A stretch of DNA of 62,291 nt, counting the filler, from Globobulimina sp. (Eukaryota), in NCBI GenBank assembly GCA_003354225.1. It is 30 parts of 30 records of this genome, joined end to end, with 100 filler letters (N's around TTAATTAATTAA, not from the genome) between each part and the next. Parts side by side here need not be neighbours in the genome. Positions count along the whole stretch, not along the records: positions 33,291 to 35,269 come from PIVH01010036.1; positions 35,370 to 37,348 come from PIVH01010037.1; positions 37,449 to 39,427 come from PIVH01010038.1; positions 39,528 to 41,506 come from PIVH01010039.1; positions 41,607 to 43,585 come from PIVH01010040.1; positions 43,686 to 45,664 come from PIVH01010041.1; positions 45,765 to 47,743 come from PIVH01010042.1; 23 more parts are not named here. The stretch is one strand, 5' to 3'. Below are positions 34,676-46,441 of the stretch, one piece after another. The notes under the pieces were generated by a model. The model was not told the origin of the DNA. It did no database searches and was given only the letters and a program-made list of their open reading frames with translations. Numbering within the stretch: position 1 is the first letter of the stretch; each line of letters begins with the position of its first letter. The position numbers and the translations under genes are program-made.

Positions 34676-35369
34676 TTTTAAGCTTAAAGTTTTTTGTAAT
34701 AATAATTAACAAATTCAAAAAAAAAAACAAGAATAATTATGATATTACATTCAAGACAACATGGCAAAGTTCATGGCCTCTGTTAGCGCGTTCCATGTTA
34801 CGTGCCCATAAAATCCATGATGGCGTACAGCCGGAAGAATAATATGTGAATATATTCCTATATCGTTGGGAAATGTGCAATAAATGATAAAAATTTTGAA
34901 TAATAACCCAGATTTGTTTGTGTTTCATGTAAATTGGATACCTTTTAAAATAAAACGAAAATATAGTAAGGAAATCTCGATAAAAATATATGTTTTCCTT
35001 ATTGCGATGTTTGTGCGTAAGTGGAACAGTTGTTTTTTTAAATGAATATTTTACATATTTTTCAAATAATAAATCAGACATAAATCCAATGCATAATGTG
35101 CCGCCGCTAAATACCAATCGCATTAAAAGGACACATAATTTGTGTGAATTTTTCTCACTTTTCTCACCAAAATAAAAGATGTAAATAAAATGAAATAAAT
35201 AAGTATAACTTGTGGTTATTCGCATCTTAGCATTTAAATCAAAATACAATTGATATTTAGGCAATGTTTNNNNNNNNNNNNNNNNNNNNNNNNNNNNNNN
35301 NNNNNNNNNNNNNTTAATTAATTAANNNNNNNNNNNNNNNNNNNNNNNNNNNNNNNNNNNNNNNNNNNN

Positions 35370-36624
35370 ATAAAAACCAATTCTTCCAATCAGCCACAAC
35401 TGTCCGATTCAAACATCCCAACCATCTCTCAGTATCCATCTGAGGTACACATGAATCTGCGTCACCAGAATAAATTTTGATGTTCCACTTTGCCGATACG
35501 GGATTCTCCCAAAACTGATTAAATAATTTGCGCGAATCATATAAGCTGCTCTGCTTAATCCACACTCGAGGATGATCCGGCCATGCTCTGTTCTGTGAGC
35601 TGTAGGCATCAAATACGTGAAGAGCTTTCCAGACATCTTCCCTGTTCATATACATTGGAGTATAATTATCAATGCATGGGTCGTACGAATAATTGAATAT
35701 CATTTTACTATTAGCATAGTCCAAATTGTATTCAGTTAATGTTTCATTATTTGCTTTTGCATGCATTCTGTGGAGGGGTCACTGCCATTCATTGCACAAT
35801 CTGTTAAAAATTGGTTCCAGCGACAAAGTTGATTATTTTTGAGCCATGCGGTCTGTGGTAGCAATGCATGCGACCACAAATAGGCCTAGGCAAAGTAAGC
35901 GTAATAGTTCGGTCCCAAAAAACTGTCGCCTTCCAATGCAGGGTTGCCGAGCATGAAACCTTTCATATTGAGCGTCCATGCATAGTTTGGATCGTCTGAA
36001 TGTAATAATATTTGCTCTGATATCAATGGAACGTAATGACCCGCATAAGATTCGCCACTGAGGAATAAATCATTACTTTTGTATTGAGGAAAGACAGAGA
36101 GAAATCTGTCCAAAAATAAGAAACTTATATATGCTGTTTTGTTGTCAGTGCAGTCATATGCGTTTGGATTATTTGCATAGGAATAACCTACACCGGCTGG
36201 TAAATCTGCATAAAGCATATTTGCCATTTGATTCCATGACCATTGGTGGAGATTTACGGCTGTTGCATTTTTTGTCAATCTGAATGGACCATGTTCTGTC
36301 CAGAAACCATAGCGAACCTAGCTTTTGATGTTTGCGATAACAAATGAGATATATACAGACATAAATTAAACAAACCGCGCTGGCACCATTCCCTCCATTA
36401 AGCCAAAGAAAAATTGGATCTGTAGATGGGTTATTAGTGGATTCTACAAACCAAAAAAATGCGAATGTATCATCTTCATCCTTCAATGGAATATATCCAG
36501 CATATTGCTTGAATGGTATTGCTCCATTGCTGGTGTTGTATAATGGAAGATTAGAAACTAAGTAATCATCTGCGACTTGAGCATGTAGTATATGGCACAA
36601 ACAAAATAAAACAACAGACGACAT
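35370..36624 (-). pseudogene. Serine carboxypeptidase (S10) with in-frame TAG (35886-35888) and a frameshift near 35845; pseudogene or sequence error
   Basis: Signal peptide, QYAGYI, WLNGG, TEHGPF, GESYAGHYVP, YSGDAD; reads YFA*AYLWSHALL then changes frame. Confidence 0.7.
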
Positions 36625-36756
36625 GTTGATTTTGATATTTTTTACGGTTTTCAGAGAAGCGCAGCCATTTATTTTTACTTCGCAAATTACAAACGCCAAA
36701 CAAGTAACAGCTCTGATAAACTAAAGAAAACATATTCAATATCAATAACTGAAGTG

Positions 36757-37130
36757 ATGGAGGTATTAATTGTTAATGGCTACATACGAAAAGTTCAAAA
36801 AACAATTAAACCGAAAATAATTCCAATATCCATTAATCAAATTTGTTATAATTATTATTACAATTATTATAGAAATATTGTAGACACATTCAAAATTGCT
36901 GATAAAAACATTACAATCTCAAAGAATCGGAAAACAGTGACAAGCACAAACAAAACGTTTTTGGAAACACGTTTACAGACGATCGTTGCAGTGATGCTTC
37001 TGTTATTGTCACATTCTAAATGGTAATTGCTAACTGTACATTTGTATGTGTACATATTTAGAATGTGGACAACAGATGAACCAGAACCACTGTATGCAGA
37101 ATAAAACCAAACCGTTCAATGCCGTTATTT
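36757..37130 (+). CDS. Hypothetical protein with LIVNGYIR...IPISINQICYNYY N-terminal motif
   Basis: ORF with a motif I recall from expanded foraminiferal families; 3' structure unclear. Confidence 0.4.
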
Positions 37131-37448
37131 TAATGGCATGATTAAAATTCATATTTGTTTCTTTTCTATGCATGTATACATTCCACAAAATATAATATAA
37201 TTAAATGAAAACAATTGCAAACAGAAAACAATTCGTTTTTTTTTATTGCATAAATAGTGTATAATTATCGGATGGAGATTCTTGATTTAATTGATTACAA
37301 TTTAGCTGCATTAAATTCCATTGTGGTATTTTGGACAAATGCTCGCACNNNNNNNNNNNNNNNNNNNNNNNNNNNNNNNNNNNNNNNNNNNNTTAATTAA
37401 TTAANNNNNNNNNNNNNNNNNNNNNNNNNNNNNNNNNNNNNNNNNNNN

Positions 37449-38141
37449 ATAATGTCATTAATTATCATATTTTATGTATTTCCATCACAACCAAAGCATA
37501 TATTAATTTGGGAAATTGCATGGGAAATTTGTGTTGAATCTACAGTATTATTCATATTGATTCTATTTATTCATAATTTATATAATTTATTGAAATTATC
37601 TGTCATCAGCCACTTAAAAAACGGAAACAAAAACAATATAATAGCAGAAATTACAAAAATAAGTTTGGAACGTTCTAAATCAAGTAATAACAAATCGAAA
37701 TTCAGTAAAAACAAACAAACGAACCAAATGACAATTGATGGCACAATAATTGACGCAGTGCCGCCATCGCGCAATCCCGACCTTTCCACTCTTAATTCTC
37801 TTTCTGTACATAAATCAGCCAAACTCTCTGGTGATGTTTCTGACCATGTATCAGCCACCGATGATGATGAACGTTCGCCAAGTCCGATGCCATCAGATGG
37901 TAACAATAAATCTCACGCAGCAGAAGTATTGTGTGTGATGAACAAAATGACTGTACTCGTTATAACCGCAGCAATCGCATCGTTGCTAACCATTTTGGGC
38001 AATGGTATTATTGAATGGTATGGTGATTATAATGAAAAGGATGTAGCGTCAGATGAAGGACTCGACCATGACGTAGCGTGGGTGATGATATTACCTGTTT
38101 TCGATATTTTTGTCACGTCTGTTATTGGTAAAATCGAATAA
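37449..38141 (+). CDS. Multi-pass (GPCR-like) membrane protein fragment
   Basis: TM helices around a long Ser-rich loop; ends at an apparent junction. Confidence 0.5.
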   Translation: MMSLIIIFYVFPSQPKHILIWEIAWEICVESTVLFILILFIHNLYNLLKLSVISHLKNGNKNNIIAEITKISLERSKSSNNKSKFSKNKQTNQMTIDGTIIDAVPPSRNPDLSTLNSLSVHKSAKLSGDVSDHVSATDDDERSPSPMPSDGNNKSHAAEVLCVMNKMTVLVITAAIASLLTILGNGIIEWYGDYNEKDVASDEGLDHDVAWVMILPVFDIFVTSVIGKIE

Positions 38142-39427
38142 AACAATGCCGAATTACCACGTCCAGGATGTACCTTTATTCCTTTACCCATTGCTTTTGG
38201 GAAAAATGTCTCTCCGCCGGCATCATCACCACCTTCTTGTTCATTCAAATAAAATAATATAGTCATTACTCGTTGTTTGCTCGATCCGGAACTACCAAAG
38301 TCATGATGTGCCGAATATTCCTGTCCTAAATCATAACTGTTCAACACTCGTTTTCATACAAATATATCTGGAATATATATATTACTATACATAACTGTAA
38401 AACTTGTAACTGTTCACTTTTAGTTTTCATATCTTCCCTCTTCAAACCCAATATATCCGCTGCCCGATTATACACAGTGGTAATAATCGGATGTGTATTC
38501 CTACCAATCCACGTATTAAACGATGTTCGTGTATTTGTAACCATTCCGCCGTGCTGTCCTGCTCTACTCCGTAACAATTTTGGTGTGGCATAATCAATAA
38601 TATATTGTGACTCTGTCGGACTCGAAGTATGCATTATTTTAAACATTGCTGGATATAATCCAATAACTTCTACATCCATTTCAATATATCCTGTACCATC
38701 CACATCGCGACATTTTTCATATGCTTCCTCCTTTGACCATGACGCATCGGGCACACAATGCCAATAGGTTTCATTGGAAACGATATGATGTTTTTGCCCG
38801 ATAAAGTCCGCTGGCCAAAATTTCAACGTTGGTGGTCCCCGTGGTCCTCTACCACCTGGTTTGGCATCATAGGATGAAAGATATGGATCTGTTTTTATAT
38901 ATGCATATAAGTGCGACACTATTACATACATCCTGTAATTACATACATCCAGTTCTTTGTTGATATTGTGTGGTGAATTCCATTTCTTCTTGCAAATTTT
39001 TCCAATATAAGTTATCATATTCACTCAATTCGTCATTAGGATCTGGTGGGATGACATACAAATTTTGTGTCCCATCCACTCTTAAATGATATATAGATTC
39101 GCTTTGTGGAGAGTCGCGAGTTTTGCATACGTAAAATTCATGACTCAGATATGATACTGTCGCAGTCTCAGCATATGGCGGTATAATACCATTGTATTGT
39201 CCTCGTGGTGGTGAATAATGTGTATTTAGCCAGAAATAATGTACTGGATAGGACCGTGCATTTTTGATTTTTATCCCGACTGCAGAAGTCGATGCGACAT
39301 ATCTTTGAATTAGATTTGGATCGTGTTGCAATTCTACATTTCGTAGAATGGTTTGATGACTTTGATCGCATGTTGCGTTTTCATTTTGGATGATTGTTTG
39401 ATTTGTTTCATTTGAAGAGCGCCGTTC
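38124..39427 (-). CDS. Prolyl 4-hydroxylase alpha-like, spliced, truncated at both ends
   Basis: RTSFNTW, SEQLQVLHY..GQEYSAHHDF, RVMTILFYLN, GGETFFP, GNSALFY. Confidence 0.88.
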
Positions 39428-39527
39428 NNNNNNNNNNNNNNNNNNNNNNNNNNNNNNNNNNNNNNNNNNNNTTAATTAATTAANNNNNNNNNNNNNNNNN
39501 NNNNNNNNNNNNNNNNNNNNNNNNNNN

Positions 39528-41127
39528 TATTTTATTATAACATTGACCCTCTTAATTTAAAAAAGGTAAACAAAAAGGAGATACAACTCCTTTTCTCAGA
39601 TGGTTCGAACAAGGATGGTTTTGGAGGCGCAGGATATTGGTCATGTAATTTAGATTATTATCTGTCAAGAGCTAACTTGACGGATCTAAGAAAGAGAAAT
39701 TATCAACAGATTGGAGGCAAATATGACAATGGATACAGTAATTACTTCTATGGGGCGGCCTCGACATCGCTCAGAAGTTCGATCGATCACTGCGAATTAG
39801 ACGCGGCTATTAATGGAGTTATGGCTATGTACAGTTATTGCTATAAAATCTATGAAAAAGACCCTGAGTTAGTTCCGGGTTATTTGTGTGTAATAATTGA
39901 CAATGAAACAGTGGTGAGATGGATAGCGGGGTATTATAAAATTGATAATGTAATAATTTATGAGAAAGTAAAGAAATTACATCGATTGATTATGGATTTG
40001 GAAGATTTCGATATTGATACACATCTTATTTGGGTCAAAGCACATAATAACGAGACAGGGAATGAAATTGCCGACGATATGGCAAAAGCGGGAATGTTTG
40101 ATATATATCGAACTATGAATTGGAATGAAATTGAAAAAGAATATTCTGAGCAAGAATGGAACAGTTATAGTTATAAAGCGATAAAGAAAGAAAATAAACG
40201 CAAAGCATTTTATAATACACTCGATGATTGGCGCAAATATAAAAAGATTAGAATGAAAAAGAGAGAAAAGAAAAAGAATGATATGATATTGATTAAGAAT
40301 TTGATTGATTGGGATATTAATTACATAAAAGCGTTCAAGTTCGAAATGAGAAAATTAAGGAGGTGGCAATGGAAATACATCGCACAATTGCGAGCAGGGC
40401 ACACTTCATTGAATGGACAAAGAAAGTTTGGATTCAAAACGAGAAATTGCGAGCATTGCGACTTATTGAATATCACGGCCATTGAGGATATATTACATTT
40501 TATTTGTATTTGCGAGAAGTATGATGTTCAGCGAAGTATAATGAAAGGAAATGTTATTAGTATTGATGAGAAATACGAAGAATTGTTTGAGCAAAATGAT
40601 ACATCGCTATTGTTCAATCTACTATTTCCGTATCAGGAAGAATTGGCAGATATAAATGTTAACAGAGACATAGCTGAGAATAATAAGTACTTAAATTTAC
40701 GTATTGAAGTACTGAGTGAGTTATGTGAGTACGTATTAAATACAAAAAGAATAGAAATTGAAAGTTAAGACAGAAAAGTATTTGTTTTGTACACGTACGG
40801 ATTTATTTTTTCTATTTTGTCTTTAATATTTTAATTTGGTGTATTGTATACATCGGGTTTTGATTGATTGACATTGATTGTTCTGACTATTCAAAAATTT
40901 GTGTTTGAAGTTATGTTTTGTTTTTTATTGTGTGTATGAACCAACTTAAGATTGTAGATCGTCCTATATTGCTTTGCAATTAATCCACGTGAAAAGGATG
41001 TATACAGTTCTTGGTTCATGCACAAGTGTTTCCAAATAATTATTTAAATTACAATCATTCTAAGTTACCCCCCCGTGTTCAAAAAAATAAACATCAAATG
41101 TTAGCTTGATTATGATTATGATTATGA
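39528..41127 (+). mobile_element. 3' end of a non-LTR retrotransposon; ORF 39530-40768 encodes RNase H and a C-terminal Cys/His finger
   Basis: FSDGS...GAG, CELDA, IDN, WVKAH..ETGNEIADDMAK, QLRAGH, CEHC...EDILHFICIC; (ATTATG)3 near 41109 may be the tail. Confidence 0.85.
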
Positions 41128-41618
41128 GAAGGTTTGACTCCATATAGATATTTTATAACTTTATAAATTCTAACTGTCTAAATTTATATCGAATTTAATC
41201 AAATCTTTAATCCAAATTTAATATTATAATTACTACAATTTAACAACATGATTATGTCCATCTCAATGTTGTTGTTTATATCTCCCACGATACGGGTAGA
41301 AATATAAGTCCATACGGGGTAAAATCCGTACATTGTCCAAATGCAGAAGCATTGGCTGCGGACGGTGTTCTATTCGAAAACATGTTTTGTACCGCCCCTC
41401 AGCATAGTCCAGATAAACATATATATAAGGTGGAGGCAGGCGATGTGTATGTGCTGCCCAGACAGATGTCCGAACCGTACGAGAAACCCACTCTTGTTAA
41501 ATCAGGNNNNNNNNNNNNNNNNNNNNNNNNNNNNNNNNNNNNNNNNNNNNTTAATTAATTAANNNNNNNNNNNNNNNNNNNNNNNNNNNNNNNNNNNNNN
41601 NNNNNNAAAAAAACGTTT

Positions 41619-42914
41619 TTAACACTTAACTGCTTCATTTTTTATTTTTTTTGGAACTTTATTTTGTTGTTTTTCTTCTTTTTTGTGATTATTATTTTTA
41701 CCTTTTTTCTGTTTTCGAATTATTTTTGTGTAATTTTTCAATCTCAAATTTGGCACATTTGTATTTGTATAAATGAACTCATCTTTTTTCCATTCAATTT
41801 GCCTATAAATCGGATCAATTTCCGTTTCAATCTCATTTGTATCTGAATCAATATCGTCGACTGTTGAATTATTATTATTATTGTTATATTGATAGGAATA
41901 TACACTTAATTCGTCATCATTTACAAAACAACATTCATCATCGTCATATTCATTATAATCGCCATTATAAAACAACAATTGATTATCATTTATATTTGAT
42001 ATCCTTTGATTGCAAATCATTTTATGTTTATGATTTTTATTATTTTCTTTTTTATTTTTACCAAACTCACGGAATAAATGTCGATTTTCAAAAAACGTTT
42101 TTTCTCCGAAATTATAATTTTCCGTTTTCAATAAAATATTTGCAAAGTCCTTCGCTTTAATTATATGTTTCTTACTCGCTTTGGATAGAATTTGTAATTT
42201 ATTTTTCCAATCGCTTGGCAGGATATTTTTCGCATTGCCAAAATGTAAATATATAAAAAAATATCGTTTCCATAGCGTAGAAACGTTTGATGTGCCGTTA
42301 TATGCGGAATCCAGCAACACTCTAAAAATATCCTCAAAATCTTGTTGTAAATTATTTATATTTAATGCGTCCACCTCGGCGTTGTGTGGTGTTTGATAGC
42401 AATTAATTTGTTTATAAATATTATTTATTTGCTTATTGAGTGTGCATAGAATATGGTTTCTATCTAATTTGCCATTTTTTTGATGATATTCATTTATTTT
42501 ATCAACTTTATGTTTCAATGCTTTTGCTATGATTTGTAATTTGAACTGATTTTGTATCGTTTCTTGTTTGTATATTTCATTGTTTTCGTGTAACGTTCGA
42601 GATAAAAAATCTTTTTGCTTTGTTATCATTATGGAATCGCGAAGTAATTGATTTTTCAGCAATAATTTTTTTATTTGTTGTTTATAGCTTTGAATGTTTA
42701 ATTGTTTTGATGTTTTTATGCTTTGTTTTTGTTTATTTTCCGTTGATAGTGTTTTTGATGGTTTTTTGCAATAAAAATGCCATTCCATTATGCGTTTGGA
42801 TAATATATTTAATTGATACGTTTGAAATACAATATTCCTCAGCTGTTTGTTTCCTTTTTCTCGTATTTTCTCAATTTCCAGCATATATTTATCATCAACG
42901 GTAGCGATCGTCAT
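41619..42914 (-). CDS. Hypothetical coiled-coil protein
   Basis: 431 aa ATG-initiated ORF in very AT-rich DNA. Confidence 0.6.
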   Translation of the reverse strand: MTIATVDDKYMLEIEKIREKGNKQLRNIVFQTYQLNILSKRIMEWHFYCKKPSKTLSTENKQKQSIKTSKQLNIQSYKQQIKKLLLKNQLLRDSIMITKQKDFLSRTLHENNEIYKQETIQNQFKLQIIAKALKHKVDKINEYHQKNGKLDRNHILCTLNKQINNIYKQINCYQTPHNAEVDALNINNLQQDFEDIFRVLLDSAYNGTSNVSTLWKRYFFIYLHFGNAKNILPSDWKNKLQILSKASKKHIIKAKDFANILLKTENYNFGEKTFFENRHLFREFGKNKKENNKNHKHKMICNQRISNINDNQLLFYNGDYNEYDDDECCFVNDDELSVYSYQYNNNNNNSTVDDIDSDTNEIETEIDPIYRQIEWKKDEFIYTNTNVPNLRLKNYTKIIRKQKKGKNNNHKKEEKQQNKVPKKIKNEAVKC

Positions 42915-43416
42915 TGTGTGGTAAAATGAGGCTCAAAAAATTTATAACGTTTTTGAAAAGCGGACAGATATTAATATCAACAGAAACGAATTAATTTAGA
43001 TTAGATTACATTACATAAATTTACGCAAACTTTGTGAAAAACACAAAGTTCAGAAGGGAGACAAAAAACACACAAACAAACAACAACACAAAGTTCAGAG
43101 ACGAATTAATTGAATGGGGACAACAATCTAAAATAAAAATAACGTTAAAACTCTGGATGAGGTTCTGGATATATGAAATATTTGAAATATGAATATATTT
43201 CATCTAATATGAAATATTAATATTGCAAATAATCATATGACAATCTAAAAAAAAAAGCATACAAATAACAAACTAAATAATAAATTAAAATAACATCTAA
43301 AAAAACATACAAATAAATTAAAAAAACATCTAATTACTAGTATAGATATAGAGATTCATCTCAGTTACAACTAACAAATAAAAAAAAATATAACAATTAT
43401 TGCATATATTTCATCC

Positions 43417-43584
43417 TCAAAATATAGGAGTATATCTATCGCGAAATCTGAATTTTCCTTTTATTTGACCAATCTTAAACCGTTGTCGTACTCGCCCAAA
43501 TGACAGTGCCTTGGTAGAAATGCTCCATTTTATATCCAATATATCATCACACGTTTTTCTACAATTCACATTTTTATCCAATAA
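43417..43584 (-). CDS. Possible C-terminal fragment of a protein kinase
   Basis: LLDKNVNCRKTCDDILDIKW resembles kinase subdomain XI. Confidence 0.35.
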   Translation of the reverse strand, partial: LLDKNVNCRKTCDDILDIKWSISTKALSFGRVRQRFKIGQIKGKFRFRDRYTPIF

Positions 43585-44124
43585 ANNNNNNNNNNNNNNN
43601 NNNNNNNNNNNNNNNNNNNNNNNNNNNNNTTAATTAATTAANNNNNNNNNNNNNNNNNNNNNNNNNNNNNNNNNNNNNNNNNNNNGTAATAATCGGTTCA
43701 TTTATTTTCTTATTTGGATTAAACGGTTATTTTTATTCAGGATTAGAATTATGTTTTTTTTTTTTATCCGCCTTTTCTTTTTTTATTTCGAATTAAATTT
43801 GCGGTTTACTTAAATTTTTAATTTTATTCTCTTGTCTTCCTGATATAATCTGTAATAATCACAACTAGTTTAGAACAGCAAAGCCCTTTTTTTAGAAATG
43901 TTATTTTCCAGAATTTCCACGCTAAGTACTAAGATTGACTAATTTTTTAAAGCTCTGAATACTATGATTTAACGATATATTCTAAAAGATACATTTTTTT
44001 CAATTTAATATCTGAGAAACGCTTTGCAATAGATTTGCAAATCCAGAACAAAGTCAGAACAAATTTACAAGGTATATCCAATGGAATATATAGTTTAGAT
44101 TTAGTATATATTATAAAAAAAAAT

Positions 44125-44865
44125 CTACTTCATCAATTTATCCAAAACAGGTTTATTTCGATGATTCCTGTTCATCATCACTCTCTTTTGCGGCACAACT
44201 TTCTGTTTCTTCAATGGCGGTGCCCCGTCATCACTCGATTCAAACACATCCTCACCATCATCCTCCACAAAGTTCCAGTTCGTATTCCTATACTTAACGT
44301 CCTTCACCATATCCTTAGCTTTGGCCACCTGGCTCTCAAAGTACGCCGTCTGCCGATGCGCTTCGGCGATCTTAATCTCATACTTCTTCCGCTGCAAACT
44401 GCGCACAGTCTCTTTATACTCCGTCAAATGATGCCAGCCAAAGCCTTTCAAATATTTCATATTCCAAATGTGGCACTTTGCCCTCCGATTTCGCACATAT
44501 TGCTTCGGGATCTTTGTGTCGTGCAACAACTCGGCCACTTCCTTGGCAATTTTCTTATGTCGAAACTCGATCCATCCCTCACAAAAATCAGTCCATCGCA
44601 TCTGTATTTTCTTGTCATTCCCTTTCTCGTCTTTGGCGGCCTCCAAATACACATTCGACACCGCGCCAAACTCAGTAAATATTTTCCTTAATTGCTGCGT
44701 GGTGCAGCCAAAGGGCACGGATGACACATAAATGACACCGCGTTCATTCTCCTTTTTTTTCCATTTTTCATATGCATCCTCATCGTCAATCTCCACACGC
44801 AATTTGTTGATATTTTGCTTTGTTTTCCTCAATTTCCGGACGGAGGCATGTAATTTTTTGCCCAT
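44125..44865 (-). CDS. ESF2: Pre-rRNA processing protein ESF2/ABT1
   Basis: GVIYVSSVP, FCEGWIEF, WNMKYLKGFGWHHLTE. Confidence 0.92.
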   Translation of the reverse strand: MGKKLHASVRKLRKTKQNINKLRVEIDDEDAYEKWKKKENERGVIYVSSVPFGCTTQQLRKIFTEFGAVSNVYLEAAKDEKGNDKKIQMRWTDFCEGWIEFRHKKIAKEVAELLHDTKIPKQYVRNRRAKCHIWNMKYLKGFGWHHLTEYKETVRSLQRKKYEIKIAEAHRQTAYFESQVAKAKDMVKDVKYRNTNWNFVEDDGEDVFESSDDGAPPLKKQKVVPQKRVMMNRNHRNKPVLDKLMK

Positions 44866-44871
44866 TTTCTC

Positions 44872-45398
44872 CTATCTTTGCTCGTTTTTCACATATTGGT
44901 GGGACCAGGTTCGGTATTTATCGTTCATGGCTTCGAAGTTTTTCTCGTCTTCGGAGGTCTCTGAGCCAGAATATGTGTTTCCAAACTTCCAATTTGTGAA
45001 ATTTAAATCATTTTTGCTTTTATTTTTATTGTCATCATCATCAAATAATTTTTGATTTGTTTTGTTATTGCTATTGTTGCTGTTGTCGAGTGTCGGTTTT
45101 GTAACAGATACAATCTGCGAAATATCAGATTTGCCGCTTATTAATCCCTTTTTATTGGATGTGTTTGAGTGCAGTTTGAAAATAAAATGTTATGAAAATG
45201 ACATACGGGAACAAATGTCACTGTGTTTTGTTTAGAAGGTTTTGAGTCGTTTTTAGATGCGTTTTCATTCTCAGTTTGTCGAGTTCGTAAAGCGGATTTA
45301 ATGGGTTGTGATTGTGTTTTTTTTGGCGTTGTATCATGATTGTCATTGTCTGCCATAAATGCTTCTTCTTCTGTAGTTGGACCGGTTGATTCTGCCAT
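44872..45398 (-). CDS. Spliced ORF (intron 45148-45206) in frame with ESF2 but separated by a TAG; N-terminal extension or separate gene
   Basis: ATG 45398, GTATGT...AAG intron, open frame to TAG 44872-44874, two codons before the ESF2 ATG. Confidence 0.45.
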
Positions 45399-45432
45399 GG
45401 TTAATGTTTCTGATTTTAGCGTTGTTTTGACA

Positions 45433-45664
45433 ATGGCAAACACCACAAAGCTAAAGCTTTCTTCTCATGAGTCTGAACTGCATAAAATAGTGTGTAAACT
45501 GCCAAAAACAGAATTACATTTACATCTCGATGGCTCTTTAGATTGTTCATTTATGATTGAATGTGCAAATAAAATTGGAATTAAATTGCCATACATGGAA
45601 AATGCAAAAGAATTAAGAGGTTTATTAATGAAAGAAAAGAGAAGTAATACTTCGGAAATTAATG
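45433..45664 (+). CDS. Adenosine deaminase family protein, 5' fragment
   Basis: LPKTELHLHLDGSL. Confidence 0.85.
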
Positions 45665-46441
45665 NNNNNNNNNNNNNNNNNNNNNNNNNNNNNNNNNNNN
45701 NNNNNNNNTTAATTAATTAANNNNNNNNNNNNNNNNNNNNNNNNNNNNNNNNNNNNNNNNNNNNAATCATTTTTAACAAAGAAACCGAATAAAAAAGTTT
45801 GAATGTTATAGCACCAATAAATCCCGAGATATCGCATTTCAGCTTTTTTAAAGTTTGGATTTATTATAATAAGTATATATATATCATTGAGATGAGTTTG
45901 TATTTCTTTTGATGAATATACTGAACTGCGATGGTGGCAAGATACACGTGGCAAAATAACGAAATACTTTTGAAGTTAAGTAAGTTTTTTTTTCAGTTCC
46001 TGCAACAAGGCGTTGTTCTTATATTGCGTAATATAAATTGGACATAGAACCTAGGCCATCCTTAATTGCAATATTGTCGTTCATTCCTGGCCTTTTGTGT
46101 ATACCATAATTTCAAACATAATATCGAGACTTGGAAACACGTTACACTCAAGATACCTGAAACTAAATTAAAGTTTTTGTGTTGGATCAAGACAAAGTTA
46201 TAACAAACACAGAACAAACTCAACACAAATCTATAGCAAACAGGTTCTGTATAAAAAGTACAGGGCGGTTATCTTTTTGAACTTCAATTGTTTTGTACAG
46301 ATTTTACTAGCGCGCATATAATAGCGGTTCTAATTTAAATTAATATCACCCATAAATTACAATGCAGAAAAAAAGAAAAAAAGAATTTATGCAACCAATG
46401 TATTATTTAAGTCATTTTGTATGTAATTATTTAATGTATTT

